Of a stretch of 64,000 nt of DNA, positions 49,550 to 61,706 are shown in pieces; the first letter of the stretch is position 1; every line of letters begins with the position of its first letter. Below the pieces are notes generated by a model. The model was not told the DNA's origin and ran no database searches. It saw nothing but the letters and a program-made list of their open reading frames with translations. The stretch comes from an uncultured bacterium (GTDB lineage Bacteria > Eisenbacteria > RBG-16-71-46 > CAIMUX01 > WJJG01). Location: NCBI GenBank assembly GCA_964612295.1, contig CAZTDY010000001.1, positions 48,032 to 112,031 of the forward strand, read 5' to 3'. The position numbers and the translations under genes are program-made.

Positions 49550-51189
49550 AGCTGATCACCGCGGCCGACATGCGGGAATGCGATCGCCGCACGATCGAGG
49601 GGATCGGGCTCCCGGGGCCCACCGGTGGGCTCGCCTTGATGGAGCGCGCCGGATGGGGGATCTTCGCCGCCCTGCGTCAGCAATTCTCTGCCCTCGCCCA
49701 GCGTCCCATTCTCATCTTCTGCGGTCGGGGCAACAACGGAGGCGACGGGCTGGTCGTTGCCCGCCTTCTCGCGCAGCGCGGCTGCCTTCCGCACGTGTTC
49801 CTCCTGGCCGACCCCGCCGATCTGACGCCGGACGCCCGGGTTCAATGGGACCGCTGCCTCACGCTCAAGGCGCCCGTCCAGGTCGTGGCCGAGCCCGAGG
49901 CCCTGCACCGGGCAACGGACGCGATCCTGAAAACCGCCTCCCTTCATCGGCCGCTCGTGATCGACGCGATTCTGGGCACCGGTAGCCGCGGCGCCCCCCG
50001 AGGGCTGCTGGGGGCCGCGGTGAGCCTGATCGAGGAGCTGCGCCTGGGAGAAGCCGCTGAGGTTCTCGCCGTGGATTTGCCCACCGGAGTCGATGCAGAC
50101 ACTGGGCAGGTGGCCGGCGAGGCGGTCACCGCCGATCTGACGGTGACCATGGCCTACGCCAAGGCCGGGTTCTATGCCTACCCGGCGCGAAGCCACCTGG
50201 GGCGCCTGCGGATTGCAGACATCGGGATCCCGCGCATCGTGGAAGAAGAGGTCGGCCTCACGCTCAACCTCATGACGTTGGAAGAGGCCGGTCTCCATCT
50301 GCCCGGCCGGGCGCGGGATGCCCACAAGGGCGCCCTCGGACGCGTTCTCATCGTGGGCGGTTCGCCGGGACTTTCTGGCGCGCCGGCCCTGGCCGCGGAG
50401 GCCGCCCTGCGCGCGGGGGCCGGTCTCGTCACGATCGCCCTCCCGCAAGGGTGTAATCAGGCCCTCGAGGCGAAGCTCACCGAGGTGATGACCTACCCCT
50501 GTCCCGAGGGCGACCACGGTGGCCTGACCGCCGAGGCCGCTTCCTGGATTCGCCGGCGCGATGAGGTCACCGATGTCTGGGCCGTCGGCCCGGGGATCGG
50601 CCGTAATCCAGATACCCAGGAGCTGGTGCGCGAACTGGTGAAAACGCAGCCGGGCCCGATCGTCGTCGATGCGGACGGCCTGTTCGCTTTGGCCGGCGGC
50701 CGCTGGGAGCGGTCACCCGAGCTTCCCGTGCCGGTTTTGACGCCCCACCCTGGAGAGATGCGTCGGCTCGAAGAGGATGAGAGCGCCTCGGCCGCCCCGC
50801 CCTGGGAGCGCGCGTCCGCCTATGCGCGGGAGCAGGGGTGCGTCCTGATCCTGAAAGGAGCTCCGACCGTGATCGCCGCGCCGGACGGCCAGGTCTGGGT
50901 CAATCCGACCGGCAACCCCGGTTTGGCCACGGGAGGGAGCGGCGACGCCCTGACCGGAATCCTGGCCGCTCTGCTGGGCCAGGGGTGTGATCCGGTCACT
51001 GCCGGGCGGGTCGGCGTCTTTCTGCACGGGTTCAGCGCGGACCTGGCTTCGGAAGTGTATGGAGAGGCAGGACTTCTGCCGACCGACCTGATCCAGATGT
51101 TGCCCGCCGCATGGGGTGAGATCGAGGCCCTGGAGGCCGAATCTCCCGAGAATGCCGGGTGCACGGAATACGCCACCCGGATCCCCTGA
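49546..51189 (+). CDS. nnr: Bifunctional NAD(P)H-hydrate repair enzyme Nnr (epimerase plus ADP-dependent dehydratase)
   Basis: N-terminal YjeF-N (ILIFCGRGNNGGDGLVVARLL). C-terminal carbohydrate-kinase-like domain (GRVLIVGGSPGLSGAPALAAEAALRAGAGLVT...LTPHPGEM...GGSGDALTG). ATGA overlap with the HAD gene. Confidence 0.9.
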   Translation: MKLITAADMRECDRRTIEGIGLPGPTGGLALMERAGWGIFAALRQQFSALAQRPILIFCGRGNNGGDGLVVARLLAQRGCLPHVFLLADPADLTPDARVQWDRCLTLKAPVQVVAEPEALHRATDAILKTASLHRPLVIDAILGTGSRGAPRGLLGAAVSLIEELRLGEAAEVLAVDLPTGVDADTGQVAGEAVTADLTVTMAYAKAGFYAYPARSHLGRLRIADIGIPRIVEEEVGLTLNLMTLEEAGLHLPGRARDAHKGALGRVLIVGGSPGLSGAPALAAEAALRAGAGLVTIALPQGCNQALEAKLTEVMTYPCPEGDHGGLTAEAASWIRRRDEVTDVWAVGPGIGRNPDTQELVRELVKTQPGPIVVDADGLFALAGGRWERSPELPVPVLTPHPGEMRRLEEDESASAAPPWERASAYAREQGCVLILKGAPTVIAAPDGQVWVNPTGNPGLATGGSGDALTGILAALLGQGCDPVTAGRVGVFLHGFSADLASEVYGEAGLLPTDLIQMLPAAWGEIEALEAESPENAGCTEYATRIP

Positions 51190-51330
51190 TCGATACCAGC
51201 CCTTACGCGATTTGCGCTTCTGCAGAGATCCGCCCCACTCTCCGAAAATTAGGCTAGGAGATCCCCTTTCGTTGCTGGACTCCGTCCGGTTCGGTCAGGC
51301 CGGGCGTGCAAGCCCTGGGAGAGACGCGCA

Positions 51331-53128
51331 CATGTCCACGCCGCCCTTCGACAAACCCGAGAACGCCCCGCGCCCCGTCTTGGAGCAGCCGGCCGAACCC
51401 ATGGTGACCCCTCCCCGAACCGCCGAGGAGCGAGGTTTTGCGGAGTTTCTCTCCGCCCTCAAAGCGGTCAGCTTCTACCCGGAGGGCAATCCCGTCCGCG
51501 AGCGTATGCTGGCCGCCCTCGTGGACACGCTGGCAGCATCGCCAGCGGGCAGCGACGGATTGGAGGCCAGGTGGACCTCCGAGCACATCCTCTGGGCCGG
51601 GATTCCGGTGCTCGCCCGTGGAGACGAAGGGTGGGATTCGATGACCCGCCTCTTCGAAGCCGGGCTCAGGAGTCTGACCTTCCTGCCTGCGCTGAGCCTC
51701 GTCGAGGTCGAACGGGTGCTGAGCCTGTTGGCTCGGACGATCCGCGGGGAGTTGAATCCCACCGATGAAGACCTCTCCGTGATGCTCTGGGAAATGGACC
51801 TGCCCGCCATCGCCTATCACGTGCTCGATACCCTCGACGATCCGCTCCCTCTGGAGATGCTCGACAGCACGCCTCAGGACGGTCCAGCCGAGGAACAGGC
51901 CGAGGACGACACTCAGATGTGGGAGGAGATACACCCTCTCGAGCGGTATGTCGCTTCCGCGGGCGGCCTCGACACGACGGACCTGGATGCGCGCACCCTG
52001 CGAACCGACGAGGCCGATCTGGCCCACCTGCGCAACCAGGCGAAATCGGAAGGCCTGCGGATGCGCCGGAAGATGGTGATGGTGTTGGGGGAGATCCTGC
52101 TGCTCGACCTCTCGCCTGCCGAATCGCGGCGCGTCCTGGCCCTCATTCGGCGATTCGCAATCGAGGTCTTGCAGGAGGGGCACTTCGACACCTATGTCCA
52201 GCTCGTTCACCGTTTCCGCGAACGAGTGAACGACTTCCCCGGAAACCTGGGGGAAGGGATGCGCCGGCTGACCGACGAGCTGTCCGGGCTCGAGGCGGCG
52301 CGGCAGACCCTGGGGGCTCTGGAGTCCCTGCCCTGCGATAACGAGAAGATGATCGTGGCCTTCCTCAGCGAGCTGCAGCCCGACGGTCTGCAGCTCATCT
52401 TTGATCACGTCGCCGAACAGGGCGTCGCTCGGGCGCGGACCGGGCTCACCATCCCGGATCAGGCGATTGCCCGCGCCATGGTCCACCGTCCGCAGGCGCT
52501 GCTGGGGCAGCCCACCGGTCTGACCGATCGGCATCTCCAGGCGCTGGCCCGGCTCCTTCCAAAACAGACCACGCCGGACCAGGCCGAAGTCTGGAGCATG
52601 ATTCTGGTGACCTTGCAGCGGTGTCCCGAGGCCCCCGTCCGCATGGCGCTCCTCGAATTCCTCGCGGCCTGCCGGGCCCCCAACCTCGAGAAGCGCCTGC
52701 TCAGATCACTCGACGACGAGGACGGTAGGGTGCGCAAGACCGCCGCGCTGCTCATGAGCAGGACGATGGGCGCGGCCGCCCTTCAACCGCTGCTCCAGGC
52801 CCTGTTGTCGAGAGACTTCGACAAGCGCGACTTCGACGAGCAAGCCGCGCTCTATGAAGCCCTGGCGAATTCTTCGCCAGAAGAGGTCTTCCCCTTGTTG
52901 GAGCGCACCGTCTCGCGGCGTGATTGGCTCGCGCCGCGTCACTGGCGGGTGCAGAAGGCGTGCGCCCTGCGCGCGCTCGGGCTGATCCCGATCGAGCATG
53001 CCGGACCGCTGCTCATGAAGTATCGCGATGCAAAGGATCCATTGCTGGCCGAGGCCAGTCGGCATGCGCTGGAGCAGCATCGCCGTTCGATTCAGGAAAC
53101 CAGACCGGCGCCGGGCGCGGCGGCCTGA
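51331..53128 (+). CDS. Hypothetical protein (about 600 aa) with an N-terminal regulatory-like helical domain and C-terminal HEAT/PBS-lyase-like repeats
   Basis: Likely start ATG 51331 (MSTPPFDKPEN), because the track ORF start overlaps nnr. The C-terminal LLRSLDDEDGRVRKTAALLMSR...LLQALLSRDFDKRDFDEQAALYEALANS resembles HEAT repeats. Sits directly upstream of an HD-GYP gene. Confidence 0.55.
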
Positions 53129-53146
53129 GCATAGGAGGGCAGCCGT

Positions 53147-54814
53147 ATGGCGGCCAGGGATGAACACCCGGCAGAGGGATTCCGGAACGAGTGGAAGAGG
53201 CGCGACAAGCGACCGATTCAGAACGCCGGCGGTCTTGCCAAACGACGTGATTCTCGCGGTGCGCTTGCCGACCCGAACCACTGGGAATCGCAGAATTCAT
53301 GGGACATCGGAAGCCCGAGCGGGCCTCCCGCCGCGGAGAAGGCCGATGTGGACGTGCGAACCACCCCGGACCAGGAAATCGAAACGGTCGGGGCGCGTCT
53401 CCTGAGGCACTTTCACAGCTGCTGGAGAGCCTTGGTTCTGAGGGGTATGCAGGACTCCACCTTCCGCACGGCGCTGCATGCACTGCGAACGGCGGTGATC
53501 GATCTCGAATCCCAGGATGTGCCCGCGCGCCTCGTCCGGTACGGAAGCGGTGTCGTGGCGGGCGAAGAAACGTTGTCGCCCTATTCGTCCGGGAACCTGC
53601 TGGCGCAGATGGTCGCCGAGGAAATGGATGCGATGGGTCTCAAGGGGATCCGATTCCGGGGACCGTGGGACGATGCCGAGGTCGCACGTTTCCTTCAGCT
53701 CCTCGAAAACTGGCGGCGCGCCGAGGAAGCGACCGACGCCGAGCGCCGCGAAGAGATGGAGGCGATGGGCGTAGGCAGCATCGAGATCCTCACGGGGGAG
53801 GATGAGACGGAGGCTGACGCCGACCTTCCCACGAGCGGGTGGGACGCCGTTGCCGATCTCGGTGAGCTGCGCAAACGGGCCCGGCAGACTTTCTTCGGCG
53901 CCCTCCGCGTGGCCCGGTTCCAGATGAGCAGCCTGAGCGGCCAGAGCAGCCCCGCGCTGCGGCGCACCAGGCAGGTCGTGCACAAGATCATCGACACCCT
54001 CGTCGAGGAGGAATTTTCCCTTCTTGCACTCACCGCCCTGAACGCGTTCGATACCCAGACGTTCCTGCATTCGGTCAACGTCTGCATCCTGGCCACTGCG
54101 CTGGGGCAGCGCCTGGGTCTCAACAAGCGCGAACTCTCCGAACTCGGGGTGGCGGCCTTCTTCCACGATCTGGGCAAGATGAACATGCCCAAGCCGGTCC
54201 TCAACAAGCCGGGCACCTTCAGTCCGGCCGAGTGGGAGATCATGAAGACCCACCCGCTCGAGGGCGTCAGGACCCTTGTGCGGAGCGATCAGTTGAGCTC
54301 CCTCACCATGAAGGTGGCGCTCGTGGGGCTCGAACATCACATGCGCTTCGATCTAACCGGCTATCCGCGGATGGGCGATCAGTGGGACATCGGCGTCCTG
54401 AGCAGGATTGTCTCGATCGCCGATTGCTACGATGCGATGTCATCCCACCGCACCTACGAGACCAACCGCCTGATCCCCCATCGGGTCATGACCCATATGC
54501 TTGGCCGGAGCGGCAAGAACTTCGATCCCGTGCTCATGCGTCTCTTCGTGGGGCTGATGGGGCTCTACCCCGTGGGGAGCCTCGTCGAACTGACCGGCGG
54601 CGAGCAGGCGGTCGTGGTCGCGACCGATCCGGACGACCCGGTGAGACCGGTCGTGCGCCTGACCCGGACAGGTGACGGGGATCCCGTGCCCGGCAGCGAC
54701 TTGCAGCTCGTGAGTCTGACCGACAAGCCCTGGGGCGGGGGAGAGAAACTCCCCATCGTGAGGGCGCTGGACCCCGAGGAGGTCGGCGTGGACCTCTCCG
54801 CCTATCTGCTGTAG
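53147..54814 (+). CDS. HD-GYP domain phosphodiesterase (second paralog in the window)
   Basis: HDLGKMNMPKPVLNKPGTFSPAEWEIMKTHP...HHMRFDLTGYP. Confidence 0.85.
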   Translation: MAARDEHPAEGFRNEWKRRDKRPIQNAGGLAKRRDSRGALADPNHWESQNSWDIGSPSGPPAAEKADVDVRTTPDQEIETVGARLLRHFHSCWRALVLRGMQDSTFRTALHALRTAVIDLESQDVPARLVRYGSGVVAGEETLSPYSSGNLLAQMVAEEMDAMGLKGIRFRGPWDDAEVARFLQLLENWRRAEEATDAERREEMEAMGVGSIEILTGEDETEADADLPTSGWDAVADLGELRKRARQTFFGALRVARFQMSSLSGQSSPALRRTRQVVHKIIDTLVEEEFSLLALTALNAFDTQTFLHSVNVCILATALGQRLGLNKRELSELGVAAFFHDLGKMNMPKPVLNKPGTFSPAEWEIMKTHPLEGVRTLVRSDQLSSLTMKVALVGLEHHMRFDLTGYPRMGDQWDIGVLSRIVSIADCYDAMSSHRTYETNRLIPHRVMTHMLGRSGKNFDPVLMRLFVGLMGLYPVGSLVELTGGEQAVVVATDPDDPVRPVVRLTRTGDGDPVPGSDLQLVSLTDKPWGGGEKLPIVRALDPEEVGVDLSAYLL

Positions 54815-54842
54815 CCCTCCCTGATTACAGAGGCACATCCCG

Positions 54843-54869
54843 CCCGGCCACCGCCCCGTGGTGGCCGGG
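54843..54869 (+). terminator. Perfect 10-bp GC hairpin (cccggccacc-gccccgt-ggtggccggg) immediately after the HD-GYP gene
   Basis: It lies 29 nt after the stop. The T-tract is poor (aatcatgtt), as is common in GC-rich genomes. Confidence 0.4.
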
Positions 54870-54876
54870 AATCATG

Positions 54877-54905
54877 TTGACCCTCTACGCCAACATACCT
54901 ATATT
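54877..54905 (+). promoter_or_regulatory. Sigma-70-type promoter TTGACC-N17-TATATT
   Basis: Near-consensus -35 and -10 hexamers with 17-bp spacing in an unusually AT-rich patch, upstream of the lipoprotein gene. Confidence 0.45.
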
Positions 54906-55017
54906 CCATACCTAACCATCCTTGCGGAGGGTGGGTTTTGGGTGCGTGAGCCTTCTGATCGCTCGCCACCTCGGGGTTAGTATGGCCACTTTGGCCTGTT
55001 CAAAGGACGTTGCGGAT

Positions 55018-55488
55018 ATGAGGCGAACCTTCTGTCTGACGCTGGCCTTGTCTCTTCTGACAGTCTGCGGGCTTGGTTGCACGAAACTGGTGCCCGTCGA
55101 AGGCTCGGTTCTCGATGAACGGAAAGCGTCGGTGATCACGTTCACGGATGGGTCCTCCATCCGCGGCAAGATCGACATTGACGAGGACGTGGTCGTCACC
55201 AAGGGCGGCGTCGTCTATGCCGGCATCATCTACGATCTGACCGACGAGGAGATCGTGCTCGATGAATGTCGTTATCTGCATGCTCATGAGGGCTACGACG
55301 CAGGACGGAGCCGCCTGGCCGAAGCGCGCGTCGACGTCCAGCAGGAGCTGATGAGCTTCGAATTCCGGCGCGACGAGATCGAGCGGGTCGAGCGCGTGCG
55401 GGTGGATGCGATGAAGACTGCCACGCGCACCGCCTTCTGGACGTTGTCCGGCGTGGTCTCGGTCTTCCTTCTCCAGGAACATTCCTAA
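55018..55488 (+). CDS. Putative lipoprotein, hypothetical
   Basis: MRRTFCLTLALSLLTVCGLGC signal and lipobox-like N-terminus. An alternative upstream TTG start at 54922 exists. Confidence 0.5.
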   Translation: MRRTFCLTLALSLLTVCGLGCTKLVPVEGSVLDERKASVITFTDGSSIRGKIDIDEDVVVTKGGVVYAGIIYDLTDEEIVLDECRYLHAHEGYDAGRSRLAEARVDVQQELMSFEFRRDEIERVERVRVDAMKTATRTAFWTLSGVVSVFLLQEHS

Positions 55489-55580
55489 GATTTGAACGCC
55501 CCGCTGGATGAGCCGCGGGATGGGAACGGATCGGCAAACGGGACAAGAGGATTCGAATCGCTATGCTAAGGAGTCGATCG

Positions 55581-57143
55581 ATGACGAAGCGTGTGGCTGC
55601 GCTGAGCTGCTTGACTGTCCTTCTCGGACTCGCCCTGTCTGTCGTCTTCCCGGCCGAGGCTCAGACCGACTATTTCGACTATTACTTTCCCGTGCCCGTT
55701 CCGTATTACGCCGGCGAGAACTTTGATCTCGCGGTGATGATGTCCCAAGGCCAGTTCAGCGACGTGGCCTCGGTCTACCCCATGCTCTTTCACCGGCCGC
55801 TCGATTCGATCGGTCCTCGCCCCGGCGCCGATGCGTGGGGGATGGGCGGCGCCCACCTGGCCCTGACGGATGGTCCGCAGGCAATGGGGTGGAATCCGGC
55901 GGCGCTCGGATATTTGAGGGAGCCGGCCGTGTCCCTGGATGCCATTCGCAAGACCTCCTCCGGCTCGGGGACCGCGCTTCCCGACACCGTGCACATCGAA
56001 GGGCAGCCGGAGTTCGGCATCGACACCTATGACTGGAAGCTGGCCCCCCTGAGCGGGTTCGGCTTCTTCGGCGGAGCCATGCCGCTCACCGATCTGGGCG
56101 GCCGTCCGCTGGTCGGTGGATTGAGCTATCGCCGCAGTATCGAAGCGGCCTGGGCGCAGGAGACCCTGCTCGAGATGGGATTGCTGGAAGGGACCGGCTT
56201 CCCCTTTGTCGTCGGCCTGGACTCGAGCGAGTGGGGATCGATCGAAAGCTTGACGGCGAGCCTCGGATACGAGCTGGTCGGGTCCGAGCAGGTGTCTGTG
56301 TCCGTTGGGGGGAGCGCCAACTTCCTGAGGGGCCGGATTCGCACGCGGATCACGACCGATGTGGCGGTTCGCGACTTCGAGCCCGGGGTCCTCTCCTTCC
56401 AGAAGGACGCCAAGGGATTCTCCTTCGAAGGGGGTATCCAAGCGCGCATCATGGATCTGGTCCGGGTCGCGGGGTGGGCGAGCCTGCCCTACAGCCTCGA
56501 GATCTACAATAGCCGGTTCACCGATGTGACGATCGTGACCCCGGACGCCAGCTTCGGGTTCCGTACCTTTGGAGAAGTGGCCGACTACGATATCGAAGTG
56601 CCGATGTTCTTGAGCGCCGGCGTGGCGGTGGGGCCGATCAAAGGCATCACGATCGCGGCCGACCTCAATCAGCGCAACTGGTCCGAAGCCGAGATCAAAC
56701 ACAAGCTCGAAGAATATCAAGTCTTCGATGGCCCGTATCCCGGCCCCGATCTGACCAGCTATCACCTGGGCGCCGAGTTCGAGTTTCCGCTCCTGAAGGG
56801 AGCGATCCACAGACGCGGCATGGAGCTCTATGCGCGGGCGGGCTACCGCACGATTCCGCTTTCGATGTACGACCTCGATCCGGTCAACGGGGATGCCCCG
56901 TACTATCTCGGGGATCCGATCGAGGGCAGCGGCTACAGCCTCGGCTTTTCACTGCTGACGGACGCTCAGATCGACTTCAACCTGTCCATGGAGTTTCAGT
57001 CCTACAAGATGCGGCGCTGGTTCCTCGATGACACCCGTGACATCGAAGAGCGCGAGCTGACCTTCAATGATCCTTACGACCGGGCTCCGGTCATTGACCT
57101 CAAGCAGACGATGATGCGGGTTAGCTCGACCTGGCGGCTGTAG
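55581..57143 (+). CDS. Outer-membrane beta-barrel protein, FadL/TodX/PorV-like (family uncertain)
   Basis: Start ATG 55581 with an AAGGAG RBS. Signal peptide ...VVFPAEA|Q. Conserved-looking segments GADAWGMGGAHLALTDG...MGWNPAAL. Beta-strand periodicity up to the C-terminus. Confidence 0.5.
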   Translation: MTKRVAALSCLTVLLGLALSVVFPAEAQTDYFDYYFPVPVPYYAGENFDLAVMMSQGQFSDVASVYPMLFHRPLDSIGPRPGADAWGMGGAHLALTDGPQAMGWNPAALGYLREPAVSLDAIRKTSSGSGTALPDTVHIEGQPEFGIDTYDWKLAPLSGFGFFGGAMPLTDLGGRPLVGGLSYRRSIEAAWAQETLLEMGLLEGTGFPFVVGLDSSEWGSIESLTASLGYELVGSEQVSVSVGGSANFLRGRIRTRITTDVAVRDFEPGVLSFQKDAKGFSFEGGIQARIMDLVRVAGWASLPYSLEIYNSRFTDVTIVTPDASFGFRTFGEVADYDIEVPMFLSAGVAVGPIKGITIAADLNQRNWSEAEIKHKLEEYQVFDGPYPGPDLTSYHLGAEFEFPLLKGAIHRRGMELYARAGYRTIPLSMYDLDPVNGDAPYYLGDPIEGSGYSLGFSLLTDAQIDFNLSMEFQSYKMRRWFLDDTRDIEERELTFNDPYDRAPVIDLKQTMMRVSSTWRL

Positions 57144-57321
57144 GAGGGGTGGGGGAGGCCCCCCCGCTTCAGGCCGAATCGCGCTCGTCCAGCCTCAGGA
57201 TCCCTCCGCCCTGGCGCACCCTGCGCCGGCCACAGTGCCACCACCAGATGTCAATTGCCTGTGTTTCAATGAGTTGCATCGGTATCGCCAATCCGATCCA
57301 GCGGACTACCAGTCCGCTGCC

Positions 57322-57343
57322 CAGATTGTGCCCCGGGGCACAA
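57322..57343. repeat. Perfect 22-bp palindrome GATTGTGCCCCGGGGCACAATC in the convergent intergenic region
   Basis: Arms of 11 bp with no spacer, read directly from the sequence. Confidence 0.6.
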
Positions 57344-57388
57344 TCGAAACCCCCGGGCGGCCGCCACAAACCAGCTCACAGCAAGAAG

Positions 57389-57425
57389 GCCCGGAGCTCA
57401 TCGCCCCGGGCCTTATCTCTTCGAG
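57389..57425 (-). terminator. Hairpin aggcccgg-agctcatcgc-ccgggcct flanked by pyrimidine-rich sequence on both strands; candidate nrdJ terminator
   Basis: 8-bp GC stem about 55 nt beyond the nrdJ stop on the minus strand. tatctcttc follows on the plus strand and tcttgctgtg on the minus strand. Confidence 0.4.
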
Positions 57426-57480
57426 CGAGCAGCTTGCTCACCTCCGTGTAGCGGTCACTGGACCGCGGCCAGCCGGACGG

Positions 57481-60288
<2,808 letters not shown>

Positions 60289-60337
60289 CCGCCCCCAAAT
60301 GGGACGAAATCTGGCAAAAAGAACCGAGCTCCAATCT

Positions 60338-60353
60338 CCCCAACATCTTGGGG
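60338..60353. promoter_or_regulatory. Inverted repeat CCCCAA-catc-TTGGGG in the nrdJ upstream region
   Basis: Perfect 6-bp arms with a 4-nt spacer, 50-130 nt upstream of the candidate nrdJ starts. It is adjacent to a partial NrdR-box-like sequence, ACCAAATATGGTGG (60372..60385). Confidence 0.3.
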
Positions 60354-60596
60354 TGAGTTTCTACTGGTAGTACCAAATATGGTGGACGTCAAACCGAAAA
60401 AAGCCGCGATCATCTAAGTGCTTCTGATGGGAACGATTGCAGTTTCCAAACGACCAGGATGATAGAAGTGCAACCGACAGGCCGTGGTTCGTGCAGCTGT
60501 AACACGCTTACTGACGGTCGGTTAGAGGTTTAGAAATGCCGGAACCCGCACTGGGCAAGGCCCGCGCTGATCGCCAGTGACGCGACGGGCGGCCAA

Positions 60597-61478
60597 TTAC
60601 TCTTCTTCGAGCAGCACATCGAGGAATCGGCGCATGACGGTGGGGATTTCACGCCCCCTTTTGACCAAAACGCCGAGCGGCCTGTAGTAGGATTGCTTCG
60701 AGAATCGGACTGAAGTCAACGTGCCCAGCCCCACCTCGCGCTCAACCGTCATGCTGGGCAGGACCGAGACGCCCGCGTTGATTTCGATCGCTCGTTTGAT
60801 CGTTTCAATGTTGTCGAATTCCATCGCCACCTTCACCTTGATGCGGTGACTGCGCAGAATGCGGTCGACGGCGCGGCGGGTGGGGATATCGCGCTCGAAC
60901 GCGACGAAGGGCTGCCCCTCGAGTTTCCGAAGCTCGACCTTCTTGTACTTGGCGAGCGGGTGGGAGGGGTGACACACCATCACGAGCTCGTCGTTGCGGA
61001 AAGGAAGGATGTCGAGCCCCGACCGGCGGGCCGGATAGGCCACGATGCCGACGTCCGCGGTATTGCCGACCACCGCCTCGTAGATCTTGTTGGCCCTGCT
61101 GAACTCCATGCGCACGCGCGCACCCGGATAGCGCCGCATGAACTCGGTCAGGTAGGGGTGCAGCTCATGCATTCCCACGCTATAGATGGTGGCGACCCGC
61201 ACCTCGCCCACCACGCTCTTGCTCAGTTGCTGGAGGCGGGTCTCCATGTTTTCGATGCGCAGAAGGATGTCCTTCGAGACCTCGTAGAGAATCTGCCCGG
61301 CCAGGGTCGGGGCCAGGTTCCGTTTCCCTCGCTCGATCAGCTTGTGGTCGTACTTCTCCTCCAGGCTGCGCATCTGCTGGCTGACAGCCGACTGGGAGAT
61401 GAAGTTGAGGACCGCCGCTTTCGAGAAGCTCTTGGTCTCCACAACGTCGCAAAACACTTTCAGGGTTTCGAGCTGCAT
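60597..61478 (-). CDS. LysR-family transcriptional regulator
   Basis: N-terminal HTH LETLKVFCDVVETKSFSKAAVLNFISQSAVSQQMRSLEEKYDHKLIER plus a LysR substrate-binding domain. Confidence 0.9.
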   Translation of the reverse strand: MQLETLKVFCDVVETKSFSKAAVLNFISQSAVSQQMRSLEEKYDHKLIERGKRNLAPTLAGQILYEVSKDILLRIENMETRLQQLSKSVVGEVRVATIYSVGMHELHPYLTEFMRRYPGARVRMEFSRANKIYEAVVGNTADVGIVAYPARRSGLDILPFRNDELVMVCHPSHPLAKYKKVELRKLEGQPFVAFERDIPTRRAVDRILRSHRIKVKVAMEFDNIETIKRAIEINAGVSVLPSMTVEREVGLGTLTSVRFSKQSYYRPLGVLVKRGREIPTVMRRFLDVLLEEE

Positions 61479-61580
61479 GACGAGCTCCTCCTCAGGCGAA
61501 TCCGATTGGGCCCCCTCGCTCCCCCCGCCGCCTCACTTCGCGGGACCGGGATGAGCAACTCGGGAAACAGCCTCACAGGC

Positions 61581-61595
61581 TAATCATTCCTATTA
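61581..61595. promoter_or_regulatory. LTTR-type T-N11-A box TAATCATTCCTATTA in the divergent lysR / methyltransferase intergenic region
   Basis: TAAT-N7-ATTA dyad in an AT-rich patch, about 100 bp from the lysR start and about 110 bp from the methyltransferase start. Confidence 0.3.
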
Positions 61596-61706
61596 GCATG
61601 CATCGGGTCTCCCGTCTATGCTCGATGCGCGGTTTGGCCGGCCTCTCGGCCCCGATTTGACACCCCAACCGGGATGCGCGTACCATCTGTGGCCCGGAGG
61701 AGAAGA

